64,000 nt of DNA from an uncultured Bryobacter sp. (GCA_964510335.1 CAZECF010000019.1:1187-65186); one strand, 5' to 3'. Shown: positions 9,086 to 18,646, numbered from the stretch's first letter. The notes: generated from the letters alone by a model not told the origin. Numbers and translations are program-made.

Positions 9086-10711
9086 ATGTCCACCGAATTA
9101 AGCATCCGTTTGCAGGATGGCAGCGTTCGCGCTGTCCCCCTTCTCGACAAGGCCATTGGCCTCGGCAGGGCAACCACCAATGAACTCTGCTACCCCGAAG
9201 ATTTTGGCCTTTCCCGCCAGCACCTCATCTTCGAGAAGAATGGCGAAGCCTGGTTCATTCGCGACCTTGGCAGCAAAAACGGTACCGTCGTCAACGGCTT
9301 CCGCATTGTCAGCCCCACTCCCCTGTCCGATGGCGATATCGTCCTCGCCGGCCACCTCCAGATCAACTTCGGTGCCAAAGAAGACAATGACACCCTCAGC
9401 CAGACCGTCGTCTTTGTCGAAAAGGCCGACGTAGAATCCGCCCCCAGCAACACGGTTGTTTCCAGCCTGCAGGACTTCAACCCCGCACAGTCGATGACCA
9501 ACGACCGCCACGCCGCCGCCCTCGTCCGGGCCGGCCGTGAGTTGGCCGGTCACCGCCCGCTCAATGAACTTTTCCAGCTCATCCTCGATCTCAGTGTTGA
9601 GGCCGTCGGTGGCTCTCGCGCGGTTCTGATGACGATCGAGGGCGACGAACTCGTCACCCAGGCCAACCGCGGCGACGGCTTTCGCATCTCCAAAACCATT
9701 CGCGATCAGGTCATTCGCGACAAAAACTCGCTGCTCGTTCTCGACACATCCATGGATGAAGTCTTCAAGTTGCAAGCCAGCATCGTCATGCAACGGGTCC
9801 GCTCCTTCATGGCCGTCCCTTTGCAAACCAACGAGAAGGTGATCGGCCTGCTCTACACCGACATGCCGGACATCACCCGGGAGTTCTCCAAAGAAGACCT
9901 GAGCCTGCTGACGGTAATGGCCAACGTGGCCGCCATCCGCATCGAACACGCCCGCCTCAATGAAGTCGAACACTCCGAGCGCGTGATGGCCAAAGAGCTC
10001 TCCCAGGCCGGTGAAATCCAGCGCCGCCTGCTCCCAGCCGCCGCGCCCAAGGTCGCCGGAATGGACCTCGCCGGCTACAACGTCCCCTGCCGCACCGTCG
10101 GTGGTGACTATTACGATTTCTTCCATCTCCCGGAGGGCAAGGTAGCCCTCGTCGTCGGCGATGTGGCCGGCAAAGGCATGCCCGCCGCGATGCTCATGTC
10201 GAGCCTCCAGGCCCGCCTCCAGATTCTTGTCGAAACGGACGACAGCCCCTCGCGCATCGTCACCCGCCTCAACAAAAGCATCACCGGCAATTGCCCCGAT
10301 AACCGCTTCATCACTTTCTTTCTCGCCATCGTAGACATCGCCACCGGCGAGATCCGCTACTGCAACGCCGGCCACAATCCTCCCCTGCTCGTTCGCGCCT
10401 CCGGCCTCACCGAGCAGCTCGAAGGCGGCGGCATGATTCTCGGGATTCTTCCCATCGCCCAATACACCGAGCACAACACGTTCATCCAGTCCGGCGACAC
10501 CCTCGTTTTGTTTAGCGATGGGGTCAGCGAAGCCATGCCGGTTGGCAGCGATGAAGAGTTTGGCGAGATGCGGATTTCCATGTCTGTGCTCAACCGCACC
10601 AGCCAGTCCGCCAACGCCCTGATCGAGGGCATCATCGAGGATTTGCAAATCTGGACCGCCGGTGCTCCTTATGCTGATGACGTCACTCTACTGGTAGCCA
10701 AAAGGTTGTAA
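9086..10711 (+). CDS. FHA - GAF - PP2C/SpoIIE-type Ser/Thr phosphatase
   Basis: The track ORF 7778..10711 is antisense to accD/rlmH in its first part. The first plausible start is ATG 9086 (MSTELSIRLQDG). FHA block GRATTNELCYPEDFGLSRQHLIF...DLGSKNGTVVNG, central GAF-like region, PP2C blocks GGDYYDF, VVGDVAGKGMPAA, NAGHNPP, LFSDGV. Confidence 0.8.
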   Translation: MSTELSIRLQDGSVRAVPLLDKAIGLGRATTNELCYPEDFGLSRQHLIFEKNGEAWFIRDLGSKNGTVVNGFRIVSPTPLSDGDIVLAGHLQINFGAKEDNDTLSQTVVFVEKADVESAPSNTVVSSLQDFNPAQSMTNDRHAAALVRAGRELAGHRPLNELFQLILDLSVEAVGGSRAVLMTIEGDELVTQANRGDGFRISKTIRDQVIRDKNSLLVLDTSMDEVFKLQASIVMQRVRSFMAVPLQTNEKVIGLLYTDMPDITREFSKEDLSLLTVMANVAAIRIEHARLNEVEHSERVMAKELSQAGEIQRRLLPAAAPKVAGMDLAGYNVPCRTVGGDYYDFFHLPEGKVALVVGDVAGKGMPAAMLMSSLQARLQILVETDDSPSRIVTRLNKSITGNCPDNRFITFFLAIVDIATGEIRYCNAGHNPPLLVRASGLTEQLEGGGMILGILPIAQYTEHNTFIQSGDTLVLFSDGVSEAMPVGSDEEFGEMRISMSVLNRTSQSANALIEGIIEDLQIWTAGAPYADDVTLLVAKRL

Positions 10712-10727
10712 AATCTCCCCAACGGGG

Positions 10728-11483
10728 ATGAACAAGAATTACTCACACGGGGTGAGCGTATTCTTTCCGGCCTACAACGATGCTCCATCGCTGCCTGGCC
10801 TTATTGAGAAGACGTTTGCTGTATTAGAAGAGCATGTCGCCGACTTCGAGGTGATCGTAGTCAATGACGGCAGCCAGGACAACACCGGCGAGGTGTTGGA
10901 CCAGTTGGCCCGGCAATACGGGCCCAGAATGCGGGTGATCACCCACCCGGTCAATCGCGGCTATGGGGGAGCGCTCCGCACCGGCTTCGCCTCTGCCACC
11001 AAAGAATTTGTCTTCTATACCGACGGCGATGGCCAGTACGACGTCGGCGAATTGCCCAAGCTCCTCAAACTCATGCGGCCCGGTGTCAGCTTCGTCAATG
11101 GCTACAAGCTCGAACGCAATGACCCCTGGCACCGCATCTGGATCGGCAAGGCCTACAACCAATTCGCGCGGCTTCTCTTTCAAGTCCGCCTCCGCGACAT
11201 CGATTGTGACTTCCGCCTGATCCGTCGCAGTCTGATCGAGGAGATCGAGCTCCAATCCACCTCCGGCACCATCTGTGTCGAGTTGGTTCGCAAACTCGAA
11301 CTCTGCGGCATGGAAGTAGAAGAAGTCGGCGTCCACCACTACCCTCGGCTCCACGGACGCAGCCAGTTCTTCCGCATCAAGAGCTTATTGAATACTCTTT
11401 ATCAATTGTTACGCCTCTGGGTTTGGCTGCTGGTGCTGCCGCGCCTGGGCTGGAAGCGCGCTCATGCGCATCCCAACAGTTAG
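10728..11483 (+). CDS. family 2 glycosyltransferase (polyprenol-phosphate sugar transferase-like)
   Basis: 251 aa. GT-A motifs VSVFFPAYND, VVNDGSQDNT, DGDGQYD (DxD). Confidence 0.8.
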   Translation: MNKNYSHGVSVFFPAYNDAPSLPGLIEKTFAVLEEHVADFEVIVVNDGSQDNTGEVLDQLARQYGPRMRVITHPVNRGYGGALRTGFASATKEFVFYTDGDGQYDVGELPKLLKLMRPGVSFVNGYKLERNDPWHRIWIGKAYNQFARLLFQVRLRDIDCDFRLIRRSLIEEIELQSTSGTICVELVRKLELCGMEVEEVGVHHYPRLHGRSQFFRIKSLLNTLYQLLRLWVWLLVLPRLGWKRAHAHPNS

Positions 11484-11516
11484 AATCCAGCGGTGCCTTG
11501 AATTCAGGGTGCTTGC

Positions 11517-12257
11517 TTGAACCCGGCTGAATTTCAGAACATCGCCCGCGCCGAAGAGCAGATGTGGTGGTTCGCCGGGATGCGCCAGATCCTGGACGCC
11601 TGGATTGGCCGCCTGCCCGATGCCCGCTTCGGCGACGTCCTCGAAGGCGGCTGCGGTACCGGCTTCATGTCGCGCTGGCTTGGCAACCGCTACGGTTGGC
11701 GAATGTTCCCCGTCGACCTCGATTTCGCCGGGCTCGACTACGGCCGTCGCGAAGGAATCCCCCGCCTCACCCAGGCCAACATCGCGCAGTTGCCTTTCCG
11801 CGACGAGAGCTTCGACGCTCTGGTCAGCCTCGACGTGCTGGTTCACTTTCCCCTGGGCGGTGAGGCAGCCGCCTTGGCCGAGTTCTATCGCATCCTGCGG
11901 CCCGGTGGCAAACTCATCCTCCGCGTTTCCGCTCTCGACATCCTCCGCAGCCGCCACTCGATCTTCGCCGAAGAACGCCAGCGCTTCACCCAACCCCGGC
12001 TGCTTTCTACCGTGAAGCAAGCAGGCTTTCGCGTGCTCGACTCCAGCTACGCTAACTCTTTGCTGCTTCCCGTCGCGCTCTTCAAGTTCCGTGTCTGGGA
12101 ACCGCTCACCAACCAGACACCCCAGAGTGGCGTCGAAGTTCCAGCCGCCCCCCTGAACGCAGCCCTGCAGATGCCGCTCGAAGCGGAGGCAGCCTGGCTG
12201 CGCCGGGGCGGACGTCTGCCTCTCGGCCAAAGCCTGCTACTGCTCGCCGAAAAGTAG
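11517..12257 (+). CDS. class I SAM-dependent methyltransferase
   Basis: 246 aa (TTG start in track). SAM-binding motif I VLEGGCGTG and following acidic loop. Confidence 0.75.
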   Translation: MNPAEFQNIARAEEQMWWFAGMRQILDAWIGRLPDARFGDVLEGGCGTGFMSRWLGNRYGWRMFPVDLDFAGLDYGRREGIPRLTQANIAQLPFRDESFDALVSLDVLVHFPLGGEAAALAEFYRILRPGGKLILRVSALDILRSRHSIFAEERQRFTQPRLLSTVKQAGFRVLDSSYANSLLLPVALFKFRVWEPLTNQTPQSGVEVPAAPLNAALQMPLEAEAAWLRRGGRLPLGQSLLLLAEK

Positions 12258-12323
12258 TACTAAGTAAAATCCCCGATAGTCTCTCAGGACACGCGCGCCG
12301 ATATACGAAGGAGCGCGTAGTTT

Positions 12324-13256
12324 ATGAAAAAGAATGTCATCCCTCTCGTCATCATCGCCATGGTCGTCGCTGTCCTGTCCACCGGGGTCTTCTATGGCCT
12401 GGTAGTAAGCCGGATGGATGCGAGCGCCCCGGCGCCCCCGCCACCCGTCCCCACCCGCCAGCAGCCGAAAGAAATTCCAGTCGGGATGCGTGCCATTACG
12501 GTCCACATCGCCGACTCCTCTGGTGTCATCAAGCTGCTCGAGCCGGGCGACCGGGTGGACGTTCATTCGGTTGTCCACCAGCAGCGCAACGGTCAGGTGG
12601 AGGTCCAAGTCAAGACTCTGCTGGAGAACGCCACGATTTACGGCATCCCCGGCGACGCAAATCCGAATCAGCAAGGCCGCGCCGTCCTCACACTGCTTAG
12701 CACCCCGGCGGACGCCGAGAGGCTGAATGCAGCCGACGCCGGTGCCCGGCTCCGCGTGGTCCTCCGCAACCCGAAGGACAATGCAGTCCAACCTCCGCCT
12801 GAAGCGCCCAAGCCGGTTGTGAGCAGCAAGTTCGTGCCGAAGGCACCGGCAGCCCCGGTGGAGTTGGAGATGAGCCTGCTGGCAATCGATGCTTCCAAGG
12901 CAGGCGACTATGACCTGGACCTTGAGACCTTGAGCGTCACCCGGTCCGAGTTGCCCATGGCCAGCCTGCTCGAAGACAAGACAGTCCGCGTGCTGGCAAA
13001 GTCCCGGCTCATCGCGGGCAAGTCCGGCGAGTTCACCTGGAAGGCAAACGAAGAATCTTCACTCCGCGTCCGGGTAGAACCGCTTACCGGCGCACCAGCC
13101 GGCTGGACCCGGCTGCGGGTCTCCCCGGAATCGACCCAACGGGCGGCAACCAACGGGATCGAGACTCAGGTGCAAGTGAGCAGGCAGCAAGGCGCGCTCG
13201 TGAGCGGCCTGCTGCCGGGAATGCTGGTCTGGATTGCTCCGGTGGAGAAACCCTAA
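12324..13256 (+). CDS. cpaB: CpaB/RcpC-like Flp-pilus assembly protein with secretin-like C-terminal extension
   Basis: 310 aa. N-terminal TM anchor, then RcpC-type block IPVGMRAITV..LLEPGDRVDV..VLTLLSTPADAERLNAADAGARLRVVLRNP, a Pro-rich linker, and about 120 aa resembling a compressed secretin C-domain. GAAGGAG lies about 10 nt upstream of the ATG. Confidence 0.65.
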   Translation: MKKNVIPLVIIAMVVAVLSTGVFYGLVVSRMDASAPAPPPPVPTRQQPKEIPVGMRAITVHIADSSGVIKLLEPGDRVDVHSVVHQQRNGQVEVQVKTLLENATIYGIPGDANPNQQGRAVLTLLSTPADAERLNAADAGARLRVVLRNPKDNAVQPPPEAPKPVVSSKFVPKAPAAPVELEMSLLAIDASKAGDYDLDLETLSVTRSELPMASLLEDKTVRVLAKSRLIAGKSGEFTWKANEESSLRVRVEPLTGAPAGWTRLRVSPESTQRAATNGIETQVQVSRQQGALVSGLLPGMLVWIAPVEKP

Positions 13257-13262
13257 CGAGCC

Positions 13263-14189
13263 ATGTCCCCAGCGTTATTACTATCGCTGATCTTTGTAGC
13301 GACCTTCGCCTTCGTCGTGGTGGGCCTGTACTTCGCCTCAAGCCTGCTGAAAGTCAGCGTGCCCGAAGGCGAGCCGCTCCTGCTCCGGACGGAGAACGTT
13401 TCCAGCATCTCCTTCTGGGCCGATTTACTCGAACGCTTTCAGTTCGTCCCCTGGCTGCGGCAACTGATTGCCGAGGCGGGCCTGACCTGGTCTGTGGGGC
13501 GATTCACTTCGATGATGCTGCTGGCCGGGGCTTCTACCGCCGTGGTGCTTACCCGGATTGCCTGGCTGCCAACTATCGCCGTTGTGCTGGGCGGAGTGGT
13601 GGCCCTGTCAGCGCCTTATTTCTATGTGCTCAGCAAGCGCAAGAAGCGCTTCCAGCTCTTTGAAGAAAACTTCGCTGACGCCCTGGATTCGTTGGGTCGC
13701 GCGATGCGTGCCGGGCATGCGCTGGCCGCTGGCATGGAGATGGTGGCCTTTGAGGCCCCACAGCCGGTGAGCGGGGAGTTCCGCAAGGTGATCGAGGAAT
13801 GGCGCCTCGGCCAAAGCTGGGACCAGGCGCTGGAGCATTTGACAGAGCGAGTACCGCTCGTGAGTGTCAGCCTCTTTGTGGCCGCAATCCGGCTTCAGAG
13901 CCGCAGCGGAGGCAAGCTGCACGAAATCCTGGCCCGCATCTCGGACGGGGTTCGTGAGTCAGCGGCGCTAGAGGGCGAGATCCGGGCCATCAGCGCACAC
14001 GGCAAGATGACGGGCGCGATCCTATCGATGCTGCCCATCGGCATTGCGCTGATGCTCAACTGGACTTCGCCGGGCTATCTCAACATTCTGGTTGATCATC
14101 CGATCGGCAAGTACCTGATCGTGGCGGCCATCACTTTTCTGGGAGCCGCACACGTCGTGATGCGCAAGATTCTGGACATTCGCTTATGA
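13263..14189 (+). CDS. tadB: type II secretion system F-domain protein, TadB-like
   Basis: 308 aa. T2SSF (GspF/TadB) domain with flanking TM segments. Starts 6 nt after the cpaB-like gene. Confidence 0.8.
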   Translation: MSPALLLSLIFVATFAFVVVGLYFASSLLKVSVPEGEPLLLRTENVSSISFWADLLERFQFVPWLRQLIAEAGLTWSVGRFTSMMLLAGASTAVVLTRIAWLPTIAVVLGGVVALSAPYFYVLSKRKKRFQLFEENFADALDSLGRAMRAGHALAAGMEMVAFEAPQPVSGEFRKVIEEWRLGQSWDQALEHLTERVPLVSVSLFVAAIRLQSRSGGKLHEILARISDGVRESAALEGEIRAISAHGKMTGAILSMLPIGIALMLNWTSPGYLNILVDHPIGKYLIVAAITFLGAAHVVMRKILDIRL

Positions 14190-15097
14190 GCATGGAAATT
14201 TTGCTATTGGGTGGTTGCTTCCTGTTCGTGCTCCTCGCGGTATTGGGAGGCGGCTACTGGTTCCTGCGGGAACCCGCGCCCAGAGAGTCCCTTGCGGACA
14301 TACCTGTTTCGGTGGAATTGACGCAAGAGGATGGCACGATCCGGCAGACGCTGGAAAAGATCGGGAGCATCCTGCCGCCGGCGAATGATCTGGAGCACCC
14401 CGTCCGGCGGAGGCTCATTGCGGCGGGCTATCGCGAGCCGGATGCGCTGCAGGCCTTTTTCGGGATTAAGGCAGTTGGCGGACTGGCGCTTTGTTTCGGG
14501 CTCTTCTACTTGAGCATGCTCGTTGGAGCGGATCTGTCAACTTCACTGGTGGCTGGCGTGTGCGGAGGGGGGATCGGCTATCTGATCCCGGAAAGGCTTC
14601 TGACGTTGTTCGAGAACCGGCGCAAACAGCGGCTGCGGGCGGCCTTGCCTCCAGCACTGGACCTGCTCGTACTCGGACTGGAAGCAGGACAGGGGCTCGA
14701 CGGGGCATTGCTCGAAACCAGCCGGGAGTTGAAGCGGGTCTACCCGGATTTGAGTGAGGAACTGGCGCTTTCGCACCTGGAGGCGCGGGCCGGACAGTCG
14801 AGGGCCGATGTGCTCGAAAGGCTGGCCCAGCGGACCGGAGAGCCGGAAGTGCGCAAGCTGACCAACCTGCTGCTCGACGGCGACCGCTTTGGGACCTCGC
14901 TGGGTCCGGCACTGCGCAACCACGCGCAGTACACCCGGCTAAGGCGCAAGCAACAGGCACAAGAGAAAGCACGCAAGACGAGCGTGAAGCTGGTCTTCCC
15001 GGTGTTTTTCCTGATCTTCCCCTGCGTCCTGCTGGTGACACTGGGCCCCGCGGTGCTGCGGCTCATGCAGGGCATGAAGGAGATGATGGGGAACTGA
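14186..15097 (+). CDS. tadC: type II secretion system F-domain protein, TadC-like
   Basis: 303 aa. Second T2SSF-domain membrane protein, with an ATGA start/stop overlap with tadB. Confidence 0.8.
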   Translation: MSMEILLLGGCFLFVLLAVLGGGYWFLREPAPRESLADIPVSVELTQEDGTIRQTLEKIGSILPPANDLEHPVRRRLIAAGYREPDALQAFFGIKAVGGLALCFGLFYLSMLVGADLSTSLVAGVCGGGIGYLIPERLLTLFENRRKQRLRAALPPALDLLVLGLEAGQGLDGALLETSRELKRVYPDLSEELALSHLEARAGQSRADVLERLAQRTGEPEVRKLTNLLLDGDRFGTSLGPALRNHAQYTRLRRKQQAQEKARKTSVKLVFPVFFLIFPCVLLVTLGPAVLRLMQGMKEMMGN

Positions 15098-15106
15098 GGC
15101 CCTGGC

Positions 15107-16069
15107 CTAGCTGACGGGCACGCCGCGGAGCTCGGCGATGATTTCGGCCGCGGCCTGGCGGGCTTCCTTAACGGCACCAACGGGGAAGCTGATGGCCCCC
15201 ACGCGGGAATGCCCACCGCCGCCGTAACGTTCGCAAATGGTGGCCAGGTTGTGATCTACTTCCGCCACCCAGGGACTCGACCCGACACTGACTTTGGTGC
15301 GGAAAGTGGATTCGCTCACCGAGACCACATAGGTGGAATCCGGGAAGAGGTAATAGGGCACAAACTTGTTGTAGCCTTCGAGATCCTCTCCCACCAGATC
15401 GAAGGAGATGACTCCGTTCTGCGTGATGGCCCGCTGGCGGATTACATCGATTGAACGAAGGTGGCGGGCATGTAGCGGGGCGAAGATGGCGGCCACTTCG
15501 GCTTCCTCAATGATGGCTTCAAGAGGCTTGGTTTGCATCGAGCGGATGATGTGCTGCACCAGACCTGAGCCTTTGCTGGCCTCGATGACCAGAACGAGTT
15601 TGGTGGCGGCGGAGGCGAGTTCCACGGCGTCTTTAGCGGTGGGGTATTGCGCGCCATCAATGATGTCGGCCCACTTTACGAGCTCCGCCAGGTCCGGAGC
15701 TTCGTATCCGAATTGGTTGCGGGCAATGTCGCAGATGTACTGGGTGCAGGAGCGATAGTGAATGTCGAGAAAGTGCTGCGGGTTACGGGCGGCTTCAAAG
15801 TGCTGGTGGTCTTCGGGAGTCAGGAAGGCGCTTTGGTGGTGATCAAACCACCAATTCAGATTCGGGTTGGGAGAGTATTTGAAGTCAACGATAGCGTTGA
15901 CGTCGCCATCGAACATGGAGTCTTCGAAAAGCTGATCCGCGGTGTGAGCCATGCCCGTGTAGAGATACTCGGCATCCGGATGTCGAGTATCCCGCAGGAA
16001 ACGGGTAAAGAAGGCTGCGCTGGCGGCACCGTCAAAACAATGGTCGTGGTAGAGGACTCGTACTTTCAT
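15107..16069 (-). CDS. DHH-family phosphoesterase (NrnB-like)
   Basis: 320 aa. DHH motifs YHDHCFDGAASA and FDHHQS, DHHA1-like GGGGH near the C-terminus. Confidence 0.7.
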   Translation of the reverse strand: MKVRVLYHDHCFDGAASAAFFTRFLRDTRHPDAEYLYTGMAHTADQLFEDSMFDGDVNAIVDFKYSPNPNLNWWFDHHQSAFLTPEDHQHFEAARNPQHFLDIHYRSCTQYICDIARNQFGYEAPDLAELVKWADIIDGAQYPTAKDAVELASAATKLVLVIEASKGSGLVQHIIRSMQTKPLEAIIEEAEVAAIFAPLHARHLRSIDVIRQRAITQNGVISFDLVGEDLEGYNKFVPYYLFPDSTYVVSVSESTFRTKVSVGSSPWVAEVDHNLATICERYGGGGHSRVGAISFPVGAVKEARQAAAEIIAELRGVPVS

Positions 16070-16160
16070 GCACTCGATTCCCGAAAGGGAGAGGAAAACT
16101 TAACAGTATCCGCCATTCCGGGGGGCTAGCGCAAGTATTTTGCTTGGATACAATCAAGCC

Positions 16161-17411
16161 ATGCGCCGTCGTCAACTCTTGAGCTTGCCCGCTTTACAGT
16201 ATGGAGCCGAATTGGGAAAGGCAGCGGAGGCGGGTGAAGTTCCGTCCTGGCCAGTCTTTGATTCGAGTGAAGGGGAGGCCCTGGACAAGGTGCTCAAGAG
16301 CGCCAGGTGGGGCCGGGGAAACGGCACCGCCGTAGCGGGTTTTGAGCAAGCCTACGCCCGCCTGACGAACGCGCAACATTGCCTGGCGGTGGCGAACGGA
16401 ACTTCAGCCCTGATTACTGCGCTCGGGGTCTTGGGGATCGGGCCTGGTGATGAGGTCATCGTGCCGCCTTATACATTTATTGCAACCGTGAATGCGGTGT
16501 TGCGCTTCCATGCCGTGCCAGTCTTTGCTGATATTGATCCGCTGAGTTTACAGATTGACCCGAAGCAGGTGGAGGCGCAGATTACGCCGCGCACGCGGGC
16601 GATCATTCAGGTGCATATGGCGGGCGGAGTGGGCGAGTTGGGGCAGGTGGTGGAGATCGGCAAGCGGCGGGGGATTCCGGTGATTGAAGACGCGGCACAG
16701 GCACATCTGGCGGAGTGGCAGGGCAAGCATGTGGGGGCGCACGGCACGCTAGGATGTTTCAGCTTTCAGGCTTCGAAGAATTTGAATTCCGGGGAGGGCG
16801 GCGCGCTGGTGACCAATGACCCGAGCATGGCCGAGCGGGCCTTTGCCTTTCACAACAACTCGCGGGGCAAGTCGCAGCCGGGTACCGAGTTTCACTATGA
16901 AATGTCGGGGGCGAACCTGCGGCTGACCGAATTTCAGGGAGCGCTGTTGACGGCGCAGATGGCGCGCATTGAAGTGCAGGCAAAGAAGCGGTCGGCGAAT
17001 GCGCAGCGGATTGACGCGCTGCTCGCGAAGGTGGAAGGACTGACGCCGTGTACGGTTGCCAGCGGCTGTACGCGCAATGCCTATCACCTCTACATGTTCC
17101 GCTACGATGCGAAACAATTTGGTGGGCGGTCACGCGCGGATTTCTTGAAGCATCTGGGGCAGCACCGGGTTCCGGCATCGAGCGGATACGCTCCTTTGCA
17201 GGACGAGCCATTTCTCAAGAACAGCTTCGAGTCGCGGGGCTGGCAGTTTGCCTATGGCAAGAACTTCTTTGAGAAGTGGCGCAAGAAGAATGACTGCCCG
17301 GTGAACCGGAAGTCGTGCGGGGAAGCGGTGTGGTTTACCCAGAATTTTCTGCTGGGAGGACCAGCCTTGTTGGGGCGGCTGGAGAAGGCGATCGAAACGT
17401 TCCGCGGCTAG
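16161..17411 (+). CDS. DegT/DnrJ/EryC1/StrS-family PLP-dependent aminotransferase
   Basis: Motifs ANGTSAL and FSFQASKNLNSGEGG (Schiff-base Lys). I prefer ATG 16161 (MRRRQLLSLPA) over the TTG at 16140 in the track. Confidence 0.8.
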   Translation: MRRRQLLSLPALQYGAELGKAAEAGEVPSWPVFDSSEGEALDKVLKSARWGRGNGTAVAGFEQAYARLTNAQHCLAVANGTSALITALGVLGIGPGDEVIVPPYTFIATVNAVLRFHAVPVFADIDPLSLQIDPKQVEAQITPRTRAIIQVHMAGGVGELGQVVEIGKRRGIPVIEDAAQAHLAEWQGKHVGAHGTLGCFSFQASKNLNSGEGGALVTNDPSMAERAFAFHNNSRGKSQPGTEFHYEMSGANLRLTEFQGALLTAQMARIEVQAKKRSANAQRIDALLAKVEGLTPCTVASGCTRNAYHLYMFRYDAKQFGGRSRADFLKHLGQHRVPASSGYAPLQDEPFLKNSFESRGWQFAYGKNFFEKWRKKNDCPVNRKSCGEAVWFTQNFLLGGPALLGRLEKAIETFRG

Positions 17412-17415
17412 ATTC

Positions 17416-17931
17416 ATGAGCCGGACCTTAACGGAAGTACTGGCGAGACGGCTGGATGAAGATGCGGCATTGATTGAAGAGATGCTCCTGCTGGTGCCGG
17501 CGGGCAAGCAGGGCTGGAGCCCGGACTGGCCGCTGGCATTCACGGTGGAACGCCTGGCGGCGCATCTGGTGGAAAGCTGGGGTGGGGTTTGTGGATGTTT
17601 CCAGCGGTTACATCCTCAGCAAATGGAGCATTTGTCTGCGCTAAAAGAGCAGATCGTAGAGGCCGGAGACGCCAATCTGGTCACCTCGCGCGGATTGCTG
17701 GGAGAATGCCGGGAGAAGGTGAAAGAAGGGTTTCTGCTGACTTCAGATGAAGATCTGGGGCGGCGGGTGCCAACGCATTTCAATCCCGGCGGGGAGCCGT
17801 TTCTGGAAATTCTGTTGACCAATCTGAAGCATGTGAACCATCATGCGCACCAGTTATTTGTGTACTTGAAACTGATGGGGGTGGCAGTGGAGACGCGGCA
17901 CCTGTACCGTTTCCGGGAGACTAAGGGCTGA
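17416..17931 (+). CDS. DinB-like helical-bundle protein (weak call)
   Basis: 171 aa helical protein with His-containing blocks AAHLVESW and LKHVNHHAHQL. Starts 4 nt after the DegT-family gene. Confidence 0.45.
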   Translation: MSRTLTEVLARRLDEDAALIEEMLLLVPAGKQGWSPDWPLAFTVERLAAHLVESWGGVCGCFQRLHPQQMEHLSALKEQIVEAGDANLVTSRGLLGECREKVKEGFLLTSDEDLGRRVPTHFNPGGEPFLEILLTNLKHVNHHAHQLFVYLKLMGVAVETRHLYRFRETKG

Positions 17932-18646
17932 ACCGGACATAGAGGCGTTTGTTGATCTTGCCTTTGTTTTCGGTCTTGAAGATCACGAGGCGCCCGATAT
18001 CGCGAGTGTTGCGGGCGTGGGTGCCGCCGCAGGCTTGCTCGTCGAAGCCACGGATGGCAACAACTCGGACGCGACCATTGATGATGGGTGGTTTGGCTTC
18101 CAGCGTGCGGATGAGATCCGGGCGGAGGGAGAACTCAACCTCTGAAAGGAAGAAGGCTTCAACGGGGTGATCTTCGCTGAGCACGGCGTTGACTTTGGCC
18201 TCGAGGTCAGCCACCAACCCGGGAGTGAGCTGGTTGAACTTGAAGTCAATGCGGGAATAATCGAGGCCGATCTGGGCGCCGGTGATCCAGGCAGCAAAAT
18301 CGCGCAGGGCAATGGTGTTGACGACATGGAGCGCGGTGTGGTGGCGGGAATAGATCTGGCGGCGTTCAGCGTCGACTTGCAGGCTTACGACGGTGCCTGG
18401 AGGAAGATCCGGGGCGGGGCCGGAGAGCCAGTGCCAGAAGGTTTGCTCCGATGTGGTTTCAATGCCCAGCACCTGGAAAGACTGACCACCGGGAAAGGTC
18501 AGGGTACCGGCGTCGGCAGGTTGGCCGCCACCGCCGGGGAAGAAGCAGGTTTGATCGAGAGCCACGCGATCGCCCGAGATGGCGACGACACGCGCGTCTG
18601 CGGAGAGCGCGGCGGAGTCCTGCCAGTAGAGGCGGCGGGTGGACAT
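17921..18646 (-). CDS. AlaX-type alanyl-tRNA editing protein
   Basis: 241 aa. Zinc-binding editing-domain motifs HTALHVV (HxxxH) and CGGTH (CxxxH). Confidence 0.8.
   Translation of the reverse strand: MSTRRLYWQDSAALSADARVVAISGDRVALDQTCFFPGGGGQPADAGTLTFPGGQSFQVLGIETTSEQTFWHWLSGPAPDLPPGTVVSLQVDAERRQIYSRHHTALHVVNTIALRDFAAWITGAQIGLDYSRIDFKFNQLTPGLVADLEAKVNAVLSEDHPVEAFFLSEVEFSLRPDLIRTLEAKPPIINGRVRVVAIRGFDEQACGGTHARNTRDIGRLVIFKTENKGKINKRLYVRFSP

Noticed and set aside
9098-10648. 516-aa minus-strand ORF
   Set aside because: Antisense to the FHA-GAF-PP2C gene. Its Gly/Ala/Asp/Val-rich composition is typical of shadow ORFs in high-G+C DNA, and it has no motifs.
12292-12319. Hairpin ACGCGC-N16-GCGCGT upstream of the cpaB-like gene, considered as a terminator or attenuator
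   Set aside because: The stem is only 6 bp, the loop is 16 nt, no U-tract follows, and the loop contains the GAAGGAG ribosome-binding site. It may modulate translation, but there is not enough evidence to call it.
12258-15106. Search for a Flp pilin, prepilin peptidase or CpaF ATPase gene around the tad-like genes
   Set aside because: The intergenic gaps are 66, 6 and -4 nt, and no ORF in the track fits. Their absence is reported as a finding rather than forcing a call.
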